Shown here piece after piece: positions 14,791 to 26,220 of a stretch of 63,823 nucleotides of DNA (positions within the stretch are counted from its first letter, which is position 1; every line of letters begins with the position of its first letter). Source of the DNA: Octopus bimaculoides (lineage: Eukaryota); contig NC_068986.1 in the NCBI RefSeq assembly GCF_001194135.2, forward strand, positions 71,693,449 through 71,757,271, written 5' to 3'. Made by a program: the position numbers and the translations under genes. The notes beneath the pieces are model-generated. The model searched no databases. It was not told the DNA's origin and worked only from the letters and a program-made list of their open reading frames with translations.

Positions 14791-16085
14791 TTACTTTATT
14801 CAATTCCTTGATATTTTACTAATTTAATCTACTAATTGTTTTGAAATCTTTAAAGCTATCCAAATCGTTAAAGTTCGTAAGCCCTTTCATTTAGATGTAA
14901 CTCTAAATGGAAAGGAGTTAACGAATAATCAGTAACATATATTGGCAAATAGCAGCAAAAATCAGAATTGGAAATGTAATAGGATAGGAAAATATAAAAG
15001 TACGATAGGAGGATCTTATGAACAGACAAGTTTTTATTATATATTGAAAAAATTTAACGATCGGTTGAAAATCTAACAGGTATGATATGTATACAGGTAA
15101 GTGGACAAACATCAAAATATCCATTATGCAGACGTCAATGTGCTCATAGCAAAAACAGAGGAATATTTACCAACATTAGTTAGTTGAATTTAAGATGAAA
15201 GTGAAAAACATAAGTATGCATGATTTATGTATTGGTATATATATATATATATATATATGCTCATGTGTGTGTGTATACACATGTGTGCGTGTGTACATAT
15301 ATATATATATATATATAAACATATACTTATTTATATATATATACATATATATGTATAGATGAATGTACATTTACGCGCGCACACATACACGCAGACACGC
15401 ACTCACACACACACACACATGTATATAAGTATATGTGTGCATGTATGCAGGCGTGTACATGTGTGTGGGTGACTCTGAGTGTGTTGGTATTATATTTTTA
15501 AAAAACAGCAGCTAAGCTCAAACATACAAGCTCAGAATATCTCTAACAGTATAAACCCCAATACTTGAGTTGTCATCAGCCGGGACAAACAAACTCGGCT
15601 AGACTGCTATTTTCTTATTTCTTCAAATAATAAATCTGTCATCTCTGCCCTATAAACTGAGTTCTCTATCAGAAAATGCATAGTAAAAAACCCTATACAA
15701 TTTACGATATTTACATTGATATATACATACATGCATATGTGTGTATATATCATGCATATGTATGTATATATATATACATATATACACGCACACACACATA
15801 TATACACGTGTATGTATATATAATCGTATATATATATATATATATATATTATATACATACTTGTTCACACATGCGCATACACAATTTAGCTCTAATCCCT
15901 CGTGTGCCTCTCAGTGTAATGGGCTGCATATACGCACACACATATGATTTATATGAATATTTGTTGGGCATTTTGATGAGATGTACTCAAAACGAAACTC
16001 ATATATCTCGAGATGTACTTATGTACCTTGTTAGTCAGTATGTATGCCCCTGGGAAGTTCATTTAAAATTTGTCCAATTTTCTGT

Positions 16086-16160
16086 GCGTTTACCCTACGG
16101 GACTCTTTTAAGCGTTTACCCTACGGGGCTCTTTTGTGCGTCTACCCTACTGGACTTTTG
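16086..16160. repeat. 26-bp minisatellite, 3 copies
   Basis: GCGT(T/C)TACCCTAC.GG..CT units start at 16086, 16112 and 16138. Confidence 0.85.
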
Positions 16161-16539
16161 ATCACAGAAAGGTTGTCTAGTGTTTACAACACCTATTAAG
16201 GGATAAAGCTCTAGACATATTATGTTACTTAGTGGTAAACATCCTTGGAGATATGATCGCATACATTTCACGTATACCGGATAACATGTTTCTTTCTGTT
16301 TCTTTTTCACTATATAAACTGGAAATACAGAAACTGCTTTGTTTTAGGGAGCACTTTGGTGACACATCGCTAAGGTAAAATTACTTATGATATGCCTTGT
16401 AAGAATACGTATGAAAATTGTGACAGTGTATATCTCATACACACCCATCTCACTTATACACCTGTATGCGCTCGTGTACGCGTGTACGTGCTTGAGTGTG
16501 CGTGTGTGTGTTTAAGGTTATTCGTTTAAAGTAAGCTTA

Positions 16540-16900
16540 TGAATGAAATCGAAGTTACTGTTGGTGGGATTCAATACTATTAGTAGACTACACTTCTTTC
16601 AGGATTCATTTTGATCGAGTTATGAAGCTGTCGTATATGCGTGTATGTGCATGATGGGAGAGGCGTGGGGGATATTGCACCGAACTGTGTATGTGTGTGT
16701 GTGTGAGTGTGTGTATAAGTGTGTAAATGTGTGTGTACTTGTTTGTATTTGTGTTTGTTTCTCACCGCTTCAAAACCAGCTTTGATTAACTTAACTGATT
16801 TGCAGCATCAAAGATAAAATAAAGCATCGCTTGATTGACCTAAAACATTCAAGATGGCTCCCTAACATAGCCGAAGACCAGTAAGAGAGACAAGTAAACA
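16540..16900 (+). mobile_element. Old, degenerate SINE of the family at 61548
   Basis: Same layout: body, TG-rich middle tract, then a CACCGCTT...GACAAGTAAAC tail. Confidence 0.4.
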
Positions 16901-16952
16901 AATAAAAAATATACTATGTACAACTTGAGGTATATATATATGTATATATATA

Positions 16953-18271
16953 TTGGGTTGGCAACTAAGTTCCCGCTGTTTTTTTTATAATTTTGGAATT
17001 TATTGTGTTTTTAAATTTTGGAATCTATTTTGTTTTTTTCTCTCTAGTTCATTTTAGTTCATTCTTGTTTCTTTTCAGATCATTAAAATGGAATGTCAAG
17101 TTAAGGAAAACGAGCATTTTCGACACCACCTTCTTTTAGCTTTTAATCAAGGTTCTAAGGGCGCAAAAGCTGCTCGTGACATTTGTGCTGTGCATGGAGA
17201 GAATTGCACAGCGGAAAGAACCGCTCGTGATTGGTATGCCAAGTTCAAAAATGAAGAATTTGACCTCAAAGACGCACCTCCTTCTGGCCGTCCAGTTGAG
17301 TTCGATGAAGAGCGATTAAACCAACTTTTGCACGAAAATTCTCGTCAAACGACAAAGGCAGAGAAAATGGAATGCTCCCACACTGCTATAGAGAAGCATC
17401 TTCACTCGATGGTAAAGGTTCAGAAGTATGGAGCATGGGTTTCGCATGCTTTAAGTGACAACAACAAAAATCAACGAACNNNNNNNNNNNNNNNNNNNNN
17501 NNNNNNNNNNNNNNNNNNNNNNNNNNNNNNNNNNNNNNNNNNNNNNNNNNNNNNNNNNNNNNNNNNNNNNNNNNNNNNNNNNNNNNNNNNNNNNNNNNNN
17601 NNNNNNNNNNNNNNNNNNNNNNNNNNNNNNNNNNNNNNNNNNNNNNNNNNNNNNNNNNNNNNNNNNNNNNNNNNNNNNNNNNNNNNNNNNNNNNNNNNNN
17701 NNNNNNNNNNNNNNNNNNNNNNNNNNNNNNNNNNNNNNNNNNNNNNNNNNNNNNNNNNNNNNNNNNNNNNNNNNNNNNNNNNNNNNNNNNNNNNNNNNNN
17801 NNNNNNNNNNNNNNNNNNNNNNNNNNNNNNNNNNNNNNNNNNNNNNNNNNNNNNNNNNNNNNNNNNNNNNNNNNNNNNNNNNNNNNNNNNNNNNNNNNNN
17901 NNNNNNNNAGCATGGAGTTCTTCTGCTGCACGACAACGCCCGCCCTCATATCGCAAATATGACCCAGGAAGCCATTCAAACGCATGGCTGGGAAGTGCTA
18001 CCACATCCGCCGTATTCTCCTGATTTGGCACCAACGGATTTCCATCTTTTTCGATCTCTTTCAAATGCTATGTGCGGAGTTTCGTTCAATACTGATCCAG
18101 AATTGAGAGCTTGTTTGGTTCAATTTTTCGAGTCGAAATCTGGTGAATGTCGAGAAGAAGTTGCAAACAACAAGGGTGAATACATCATTGATTAATTAGT
18201 TGTTATTTTTTATTAAACCTTTTAAAAAATTTAAATTTAAAAAAGCGGTGGGAACTTAGTTGCCAACCCAA
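16953..18271 (+). mobile_element. Mariner DNA transposon, 1319 bp, both TIRs present
   Basis: TIR TTGGGTTGGCAACTAAGTTCCC (22 bp perfect, extending to about 31 bp with 3 mismatches) at both ends. TA flanks at 16951-52 and 18272-73. Confidence 0.95.
17088..18195 (+). pseudogene. Mariner transposase (centre in N gap, small deletions)
   Basis: HTH N-terminus MECQVKENEHFRHHLLLAF, WVSHAL (WVPHEL motif), LLHDNARPH and HPPYSPDLAPTDFHLF. The C-terminal GIxxLxxRW segment is missing. Confidence 0.92.
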
Positions 18272-19812
18272 TATATTATACCTATATACATATGAGCAAA
18301 CACTATACTAGGAGAACATCCAGCGTTTCTTAGGTTGATATTTAACCTGAAATAACCCGGAATTATTTTGAATAAATATATGTTCGGTTTAAGAGACTAT
18401 TATTGCATTTCTTTAGAAAATTTGTCATGTTAGAAATGAAACTGCTTGCAATGCCTGTATAGTAGTCCGGTCTCAAATGCACTGTGCTACTGATAATCGT
18501 TCCATATCTCTAGATTAGTTCGTAATTTAAATATGCGTCTAATTGAAGCATATTAAATAAAAGCACAGGATTAAATAGATGTGAAAACTATCTTATTTCA
18601 TTAAAAACTACTATTAGATCAAATATTTATATTATATTCTTTAAATTGTTGAATTCTTAAAAAATAATTTCACATTCAGAGGTTCATGTGAAATAATTTT
18701 TTAAGAATTTTAAGTATTGGAAGGGAAATGAACCATAGAAATAAAAGCTTTCTTATTCACTCTGTAAACTTAAGTGCTCAGAAAAAATCCACACATCCAA
18801 ATATTGAAACGGAAATACTTGCAAGTAATAACATATGAGATTAAGTACGTGTGACGATGTGCCCGAGTGACATACAACCTGATGATATACAGTATAAGAT
18901 TCACCATATGCTGCAGCTGATCTAGAGTTTTATTATGCCAACCAACTAATTGTCACTTATTATATTTATAGATAAATTCTTCTATTTTACATTATATTTG
19001 AGGTCTCATTCATTCTTTTGTTGTCATATTATTATTATTAATAAATTACTTCCCGTATACCGCAGCTTTTTTTTCAAGAACCATATACAGCTTGTTTTGA
19101 AAAATTGCCTTAAATCGGTTGAGGACTCTGCCCCGCAGAAGAATTTAATATGGACGCCTACAGTATCGATTATTCTATGAAAAACATACCTATTCCATCC
19201 AGGGAACTATACTCTAAGAAACTTTTGGAGAAACTACAGATCTTATTAAGCGTATGAGATGGAAAGCCTTCTTTTACAACATGGAAGAGGTTACTACAGA
19301 GAACATATTTATGGAATCAAATCAAAGAAATTCCTTCCTAAAATCAAGGACTTAGAAGATTTCGAAACGGACCTACTGAAGCTTATAAACAAAATGAAAT
19401 TTCGTAAGTCTTTTGACACTTTCCAACAGAAACTGAAAAATGACATCAAATACATAAAAAGTTCCAAAAAGAAAACGGCACTTTTTTCTGATAAAACCAA
19501 GAACTTATACCTTGTAAAAAAACAACACATACTCACGACTTCTACATAACAACATTATTAATAATTACACTAAAGCTAGACCACAAGTTTATAACGACAT
19601 TAATAAAGAATCTGGCATCATCGCCGCTAGGCTTAAATTAGATTGAAAAAGTTGAGGTCTTCCCGAAAAAGAGGCCTTTATAACTATTAAAGACCATAAA
19701 AAAACTTCCTATCTAATCTTAAATGTAGACTTATTAATCCAGTAAAATAAGAAATTGGTATTATTAGTAAGGAAATTTTTGGAAAAATCAATGCTAAATT
19801 TTAGGATCTTGT

Positions 19813-20223
19813 ATGAAGTCCGCTAAATGGATCTTGTATGAAGTCACTGTAGACTCTACAACCACTAAGGACACAGTTTTGTCAAAGATATATGTGGGTC
19901 TCGCAGAGGGTAATTTTAAAGCCAGGTTCAACAATCACACCCTAAGCTTTAGACACTGGGAAACACCCAAATTATCAAGTTACATATGGTCCTTAAAAGA
20001 AAAATGTGTCAGCTATAAGATATACTGGAAAATCTTGGCCATGTGTAAGACTTATACCAACGGCAGTGGAAAATGCGGTTTTTGCGATATGGAAAGATGG
20101 CTCATGTGGAAGAGTTCTTTAGAACCTGCTACATGTCTAAATCGAAGAACTGAACTTTTGGGGTCATGTCCACATATGGCAAAACATTTGCTACGTTTTT
20201 GGAACCTCCAAGTTCACAGATAG
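19813..20223 (+). pseudogene. GIY-YIG endonuclease domain (Naiad-type, with C-terminal Cys/His motifs)
   Basis: LYEVTV...IYVGLAEGNFKARFNNHTLSF...LSSYIWSLK...CGFCDME...LNRRTELLGSCPH. Confidence 0.88.
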
Positions 20224-20794
20224 AACCTGCTTTTTATATTATGCCCACGTACATGCCTTTCATATGTCTTAACATCTCGTATATTTCTAAAATTTATTTT
20301 ATTACTTTATATATAATTTTCTGTATATTATTTTTCACCCATTATAATTGTGTAACTTATACGTGTGTAGTATATAATTAATGTGTATGTGCGTGCGTAT
20401 ATACATGTGTACGAACGATTGTATATATACGAGTGCAAGGCTCTACCTATTGTACATGTCTCCTTCCTTCATACATATATGTATGTATATACTTTTATAT
20501 ATCTGCAGGTGTAGATGAATTTGACAGACAGGAGGGTGTATTTGTGTATATACATATATGACTCATTTGCATATTCAAGTTTTGCAGCGAATGTGAATGC
20601 TTTACGGTTTATATTTTTTGCGTATGTGTTTTTAATTATATATACGTCTATCCACGTATGTATGTACATGTGCGTAAAGACTACATTTTCCATATCCGCG
20701 CATGTATGTGTGTGTGCGTGTAGAGATATGTATATGAGCGTAGTGATGCGTGCATGGGCATATATGCGTGTGGTATGTGCGTGTATGCGTAGAC

Positions 20795-20834
<40 letters not shown>

Positions 20835-21019
20835 TTGTATGTATATGTACAAGCGTGTGAGTATGTATATAGATATACATACAAGTGTGTGTGTGTGTGC
20901 GTACGCGTATGTGTGTGTATATGTGTGCATATGCGAATTCTATGAATGAAGTATTACTTTCCCCATGCCTATTGGAGTAATTTCCATTTATTCAACGGTT
21001 TTTTTTTTGCATAGCGTTT

Positions 21020-21090
21020 GTCTTAGTAAATGATGAGATGCCGGAGCAGACTTCAGCTCCGGCATCCGAAACTCTGAGTTTTATTATGAC
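21020..21090 (+). ncRNA. Type I hammerhead ribozyme motif (decayed) in the PLE pseudo-LTR
   Basis: Stem I GTCTTAGTAA/TTATTATGAC; core ATGATGA (C3 replaced by A); stem II GATGCCGGAGC/GCTCCGGCATC (11 bp perfect); CGAA; stem III ACTC-T-GAGT; GUU triplet. Confidence 0.8.
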
Positions 21091-21591
21091 AACCAACTAA
21101 TTGTTACATCCACATATGTGTGGAAGTATGCTTGTTTGTGTGTTTGTATAAGGCACAAAAGACTATCTATTTAAAACTTGCAGCCTCCAAATTTTTATTT
21201 CTGCTAAAATAAACAAGTCAATAAATATAGTAATGATAGAGAAAGCACGCATGAGAGAAAGACAAATAGATATGAATAGAAGAGAGAGTGCAGAAAGAAA
21301 GAGTAATTGGTATTGATAGAGGGAGAGTGGGAGAGAGAGTGGGGGAAAAGAGAGTGAGAGAGAGGAGAGAGAGAGAGAAAGAGCATTCCGAAATGACAAA
21401 ACTTTCACTGGGGAGTAGAAAATGGTTAGAATAGCAAAATATAAGAATCTCAACACTGCAGTGGAAGCGGTGAGAGGCGATAGCAACAAGCAAATTATAC
21501 AAGGTGAGGGGAGTATTGGAAATGTTAACACGAATAGTTTCTAATGTATAATAGATATATATAAAGTTGCATATTTATGAATAATATATTA

Positions 21592-21645
<54 letters not shown>

Positions 21646-22631
21646 GTGTGTGTATGTATATGTATGTGTATATGTATGTATGTATGTTTCTGCGTCTATG
21701 TTTGATAGGATAGATATGACCCTCAAAGTATGAGTAGATATATTTTATACGAAACTCTAGCCTCTTGAGTCACATTGTTACTTTTGGCTAGTTATTTATC
21801 TGTCTACACACGTGTAGACATATAGGTTGCATACGTATATGTATAAAGATATACACACGCTCATATATATTTGTATATCTTCGTGTATATATATGTATAT
21901 ATATAACTATTCCTATGCTTTGCATATTCTTATGTATGTATAAATGCGCCCGCGCGTGCACACGCGCAAGCGTATGTATGTGTGTGTGTGTAAATATATA
22001 TTCCAATATATACGTGTGGATGTATGTGAGGGAGACTCTGGAGAGAGAGCACTTTATTAAGTAGTAGTCATCGTTTCTCCTAATCTAGTATGTCAGATTT
22101 TTCTTCGAATGTGTTCCATGGCTAGAAAAATAAACCCGTACACATACACATTCACACAGATTTATATAGATGTGTATGTATGTATGTATGTATGTATGTA
22201 TGTATGTATGTATGTATGTATGTATGTATGCATGTATATGTGTATATATGTGTATATATGTATGCCTGCACGTGTGCATGTGTGTATGTGCGCGAGCGCG
22301 TGCATGTGTGTCCTTAAGCTCCTTTAAAGTTTTTAACCATTAAGAGATGCAGAAGCAGAAATTATATTTATCAAAAAAAAAAAAAAAAAAAAAAAAGGAA
22401 GTATCATGGAAAGTACTTTATTACTGAAAATATACTTTATGTGTCTGATGCAAACGCAGAATAATTGATGAGGAGTGTTCGATGAAGAAGTCACCTCTAC
22501 AACAAATTATAATTGGCCAGTAACAGATCGATCTTTAGAACCTAAATATATTCACTTAGCAGTAGATTTCAGTATATATCTGTGTCTGTGTGTGTGCCTT
22601 TAAGTGTATATTATCAGTATTGTTTTTCTGT

Positions 22632-22947
22632 GAAGGTGTGTGGTTTAGTGAGTAGGGTATTCAGGTCACGATTCTAAAATGAGTTCGATTCCCGGCGGCG
22701 CATTGTGTCCTAGAGCAAGACTCTTTACTTCACGTTGCTCCAGTCCATTCAGCTGGCAAATGTGAGTAGTACTTGTATTTCAAAGAGCGATCTTTGTCAC
22801 ATTCTATGTCATGCTGAGTCACCCTGAGACTACGTTCAGAGTACGCGTGTCTGCAGAGTGCTCAGCCATTTGCACGTTAGTTTCGCATGCACACTGTTTC
22901 GTTGATCGGATCAACTGGAACACTCATCTGTCATAACCAACGGAGTG
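22632..22947 (+). mobile_element. tRNA-derived SINE
   Basis: B-box GAGTTCGATTCC at 22681-22692. Central core TTGTGTCCTAGAGCAAG...CGTTGCTCCAGTCCA(T)TCAG is shared with the SINE at 23845-24106. Confidence 0.85.
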
Positions 22948-23712
22948 AGTGCCAGCATCAATATTTTTAATTGTGTTTCATTTTAATCTTAGATTTTTCT
23001 GCCTCTCTCTTGGGAAACTGTGTTCATGGAATTAGACCTTAGTTTTATTGTTTTCTTCATTGATTTGTTCATGCATAGACGCCAGGTAAATAAGTTCTGT
23101 GGATGCAAATTTTTATTATGCACTCCTACTTTGTCAATTTGCAATACTGTGGATTAATTCTATGGCACACGTTCTAACCACACGCGTAGGCATATGTAAA
23201 GAGCAACAAGTACACATACACTCATACATACTTCCAGCTAGAATTATCTTCTTACCCTTTTCAAAAAGTCGTATACCCACACATTAATTCAATCCCATTT
23301 TATCTCCAAAAAGTTATTATAATTTGTACGGATGCTTAAAGGTCATTTCAGCTACAAAAACAAAAATTCGAATAGCCATTATCCTGCCTATCATGCACAC
23401 ATGCACACACAGATAATATATATATATATGTGTGGTGTGTGTGTACGTACGTATATGTATTATATGTGTTTGTGTATGTTTGTATCTAAATGTATAGTAA
23501 TAATGTTATATTCGGGTCGACTCCTTGTAGTAAGCGGTTTAAAGTTCACCCACAGTATTCGGTTATCTGATATCAATAACAGTATGGCGGTATATGCCAC
23601 TGGATTTATTTCCGGAATTGCTTTGTGTCGATGGAGTTTATATAAAAGAATGAAGACAGGAAACGGAATTCACGAGGCTGTTTATGCAGAACCACTGTGA
23701 TCGTTTACATTC

Positions 23713-24354
23713 TCATGCATTATAGTTGTAGATGCGTCTCCTCAGATCACTTTTCGAAAAGCACGTCGCTTTTTACTTGCCGTTTCACTTATTTCTACAC
23801 CAATAGATTTTAGTGTAGCATTCTATCCGTCTCCATAATGAACTAGGGAAAGTTAGGTAAAGTTACCTTCTCGAGTCATACCGACTCATAAAAGCCGGTT
23901 TTCCGGTTTCATGGTGTATCTATCCCCCACATGGACAACACGCCAGTCCGTTTCAGGATTACCCATTTTTGCCTACTGAGTGGACTGGAGCAACGTAAAA
24001 TGAAATGCTTTGCTCAAGAACACAACGCGCCACCCGGTCCAGGAATCGAATTCACAATCGTACAATCATGAGTCTCACTCCCTAACCATTAAACCATGCG
24101 CCTCCGCTCCATAATGAACTGAGATAGAATGAAATAATTCTTCTTACATAAGCAATTATTCTTTATTCCTTATTCTTTTACCCTTGTTTATTCTATTGCT
24201 TATATCAAAAAGTTTCTTTCATTCTATCTCAGTTCATTAGACGAATAGAATGCTACACTTAAATGTATTATTATAGAAATAAGGGAAACGACAGGAAACA
24301 AGATACTTTTTGAAAAGTCGCCTGAGGAGACGCATCTGCAACTAAAATGCGTGA
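23713..24354. mobile_element. Long fold-back (palindromic) MITE-like element interrupted by a SINE
   Basis: Left arm TCATGCATTATAGTTGTAGATGCGTCTCCTCAG... matches the reverse complement of the right arm ...CTGAGGAGACGCATCTGCAACTAAAATGCGTGA. Inner arms GAACTGAGATAGAATGAAA / TTTCATTCTATCTCAGTTC. Confidence 0.75.
23845..24106 (-). mobile_element. tRNA-derived SINE with 14-bp TSD
   Basis: TSD CTCCATAATGAACT at 23831-23844 and 24107-24120. Minus-strand head has a GAATTCGATTCC B-box-like motif. Confidence 0.9.
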
Positions 24355-24568
24355 CAGTTGATTGTACAGCATTTCACCTGTAGCGTACAGGTGCATGATG
24401 AGTCGAAACAACCGCAGTAGTTCTCATGAATTCCATTTTCTGTCTCTCATCTTTTTCTATACATGCATTCATACATACGTACATACATACATACATACAT
24501 ACATACAAACATACATAAATGCATGCATACATAAATGCATGCATACATACATACATATATACATGCAT

Positions 24569-24836
24569 GTAATAATTGGAGCACTAGGTTTTGTTAGTAA
24601 ATGCTTAAAGGAGAATCTGGATAAACTGGGATTTTCAGAAACAGAAATTAACTGGCTGATTCGTACATTACAAATGCAATCTGCGAGTGGAACAGTAAAA
24701 ATATGCAAGACTTTTGTCAAGTTTCAAATGTGAATTTGTCTGTGTTAACTACATCACAAAGATGGAGCCTTGTATCTTTTGGGGAAACCGGCTTCCTCCT
24801 CATTGATTTAAAATAATTAAAAAAAAAACAAAAGAC
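24569..24836 (+). mobile_element. 3' end of an R4/Dong-clade LINE (RLE C-terminus plus 3'UTR)
   Basis: VIIGALGFVSKCLKENLDKLGF...LQMQSASGTVKICKTFVKFQM* matches the PVIIGALG...LQ...GT..I R4-clade terminus. A second copy lies at 57897-58290. Confidence 0.8.
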
Positions 24837-24906
24837 ACACACACACACATACACACATACAAACACTCAAACATACTTACATACATGTATACATACATAC
24901 ACACAC

Positions 24907-24955
<49 letters not shown>

Positions 24956-25538
24956 NNNNNNNNNNNNNNNNNNNNNNNNNNNNNNNNNNNNNNNNNNNNN
25001 NNNNNNNNNNNNNNNNNNNNNNNNNNNNNNNNNNNNNNNNNNNNNNNNNNNNNNNNNNNNNNNNNNNNNNNNNNNNNNNNNNNNNNNNCATGTAAATGCA
25101 GGATAAATTTTGACACAATTATGTGAATAATGTTATATATAAGTAGAAAACTGTAAACTATAAAAGATTTAGATATTATCATAGGATATCTGAAGGAGGC
25201 ACCACTCAACATTCGTATTCTCACTTAACCTGGCAAGTAAATAGACCCCTCTATGAAATTACACCTATCACCCAGTAAGTGTAGCAAATATACTGCCACA
25301 GCCATCCGTTTGGGTAGGAGTTAATATGGCTCGGGTAAAGAGATTTTGAAGGAAAGAAACAAAAGTATGTAAAAATGAAAAGAGATCTACGGAAATACAT
25401 TGCTCAACATAGAAATAGCGTCATCCTTCAGTGGTTCAGCGTGTGATAGAAGTTTCCTGTCTAAGGCTGGCTTATCTTCACATTTTAGGACTAATCTTCA
25501 TACAGATGTCGCAAGTGAAACAATGATAATTCCACTAG

Positions 25539-25594
25539 ACGAGCTCATGTACCATTTGTAATAAAACGAGCTCATGTACCAATTGTAATAAAAC
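25539..25594. repeat. 27-bp tandem duplication
   Basis: ACGAGCTCATGTACCA(T/A)TTGTAATAAA, two copies. Confidence 0.85.
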
Positions 25595-25888
25595 ATGTAA
25601 GCCCAACGCTAGTCTAAAAAGTTGCTTAAATAGCCCTTAATCTACCAAGGAAAAACAACACTATCGCTTGAGGTGAGAAGTATTCCCAATGTTTGTGCTG
25701 GGATTCTCGTATTTCCAAGTATTACCAATGTTTGTGCTGTGACTGATGTGGTCATGCATCAACATACCACATCTAACAAGAAGTGGCCAAGCATTGAATA
25801 TAATCAGACTACCGCTCTACCTATCTATCTATCTCTTTCTCTCTCACCCTATCTCTCTCAATATATACATGTATCCGTGTGTGTGCGC

Positions 25889-26050
25889 GCGTGGCTGTGT
25901 AGTAAGAAGTTTCCTTCCCAACCACGTTTCGGGATTCAGCCCCACTGCGTGGAACCTTGGGCACGTGTCTTCTACTATAACATAAGCCCGAAGAAAGAAC
26001 CTTGCGGGTGGTTTTGGTAGACATATATTGAAAGAAGCTCGCCGTATATA
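25889..26050 (+). mobile_element. tRNA-derived SINE head and body (family of 61548)
   Basis: GTGGCTGTGTAGTAAGAAG...CCACTGCGTGG...CCTTG.G.GTGG.TTTGGTAGAC...GAAAGAAGC aligns with 61548-61700. Confidence 0.85.
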
Positions 26051-26184
26051 CATATATGTGTGTGTACGTATATATGTATAAATATGTATATATATTATGC
26101 ACATATATATATATATATATAATTATGATAATAATATTGGGAATAAAAATCCAAATTTACAGGGAAAAAATTCAATTTAATTTA

Positions 26185-26220
<36 letters not shown>

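Larger units (their letters stand above)
18925..21105 (+). mobile_element. Naiad-type Penelope-like element, internal-deletion derivative lacking the RT core
   Basis: N-terminus YSMKNIPIPS...IKRMRWKAFF, then DKTKNLY and ITIKDHK...CRLINP, joined directly to the GIY-YIG region. 29-bp terminal direct repeat GAGTTTTATTATG(C/A)CAACCAACTAATTGT at 18925 and 21076. Confidence 0.85.

Noticed and set aside
15560-15605. CTGATGA on the minus strand as a hammerhead core (also plus-strand hits at 18879 and 36001)
   Set aside because: No stem II followed by GAAA in register.
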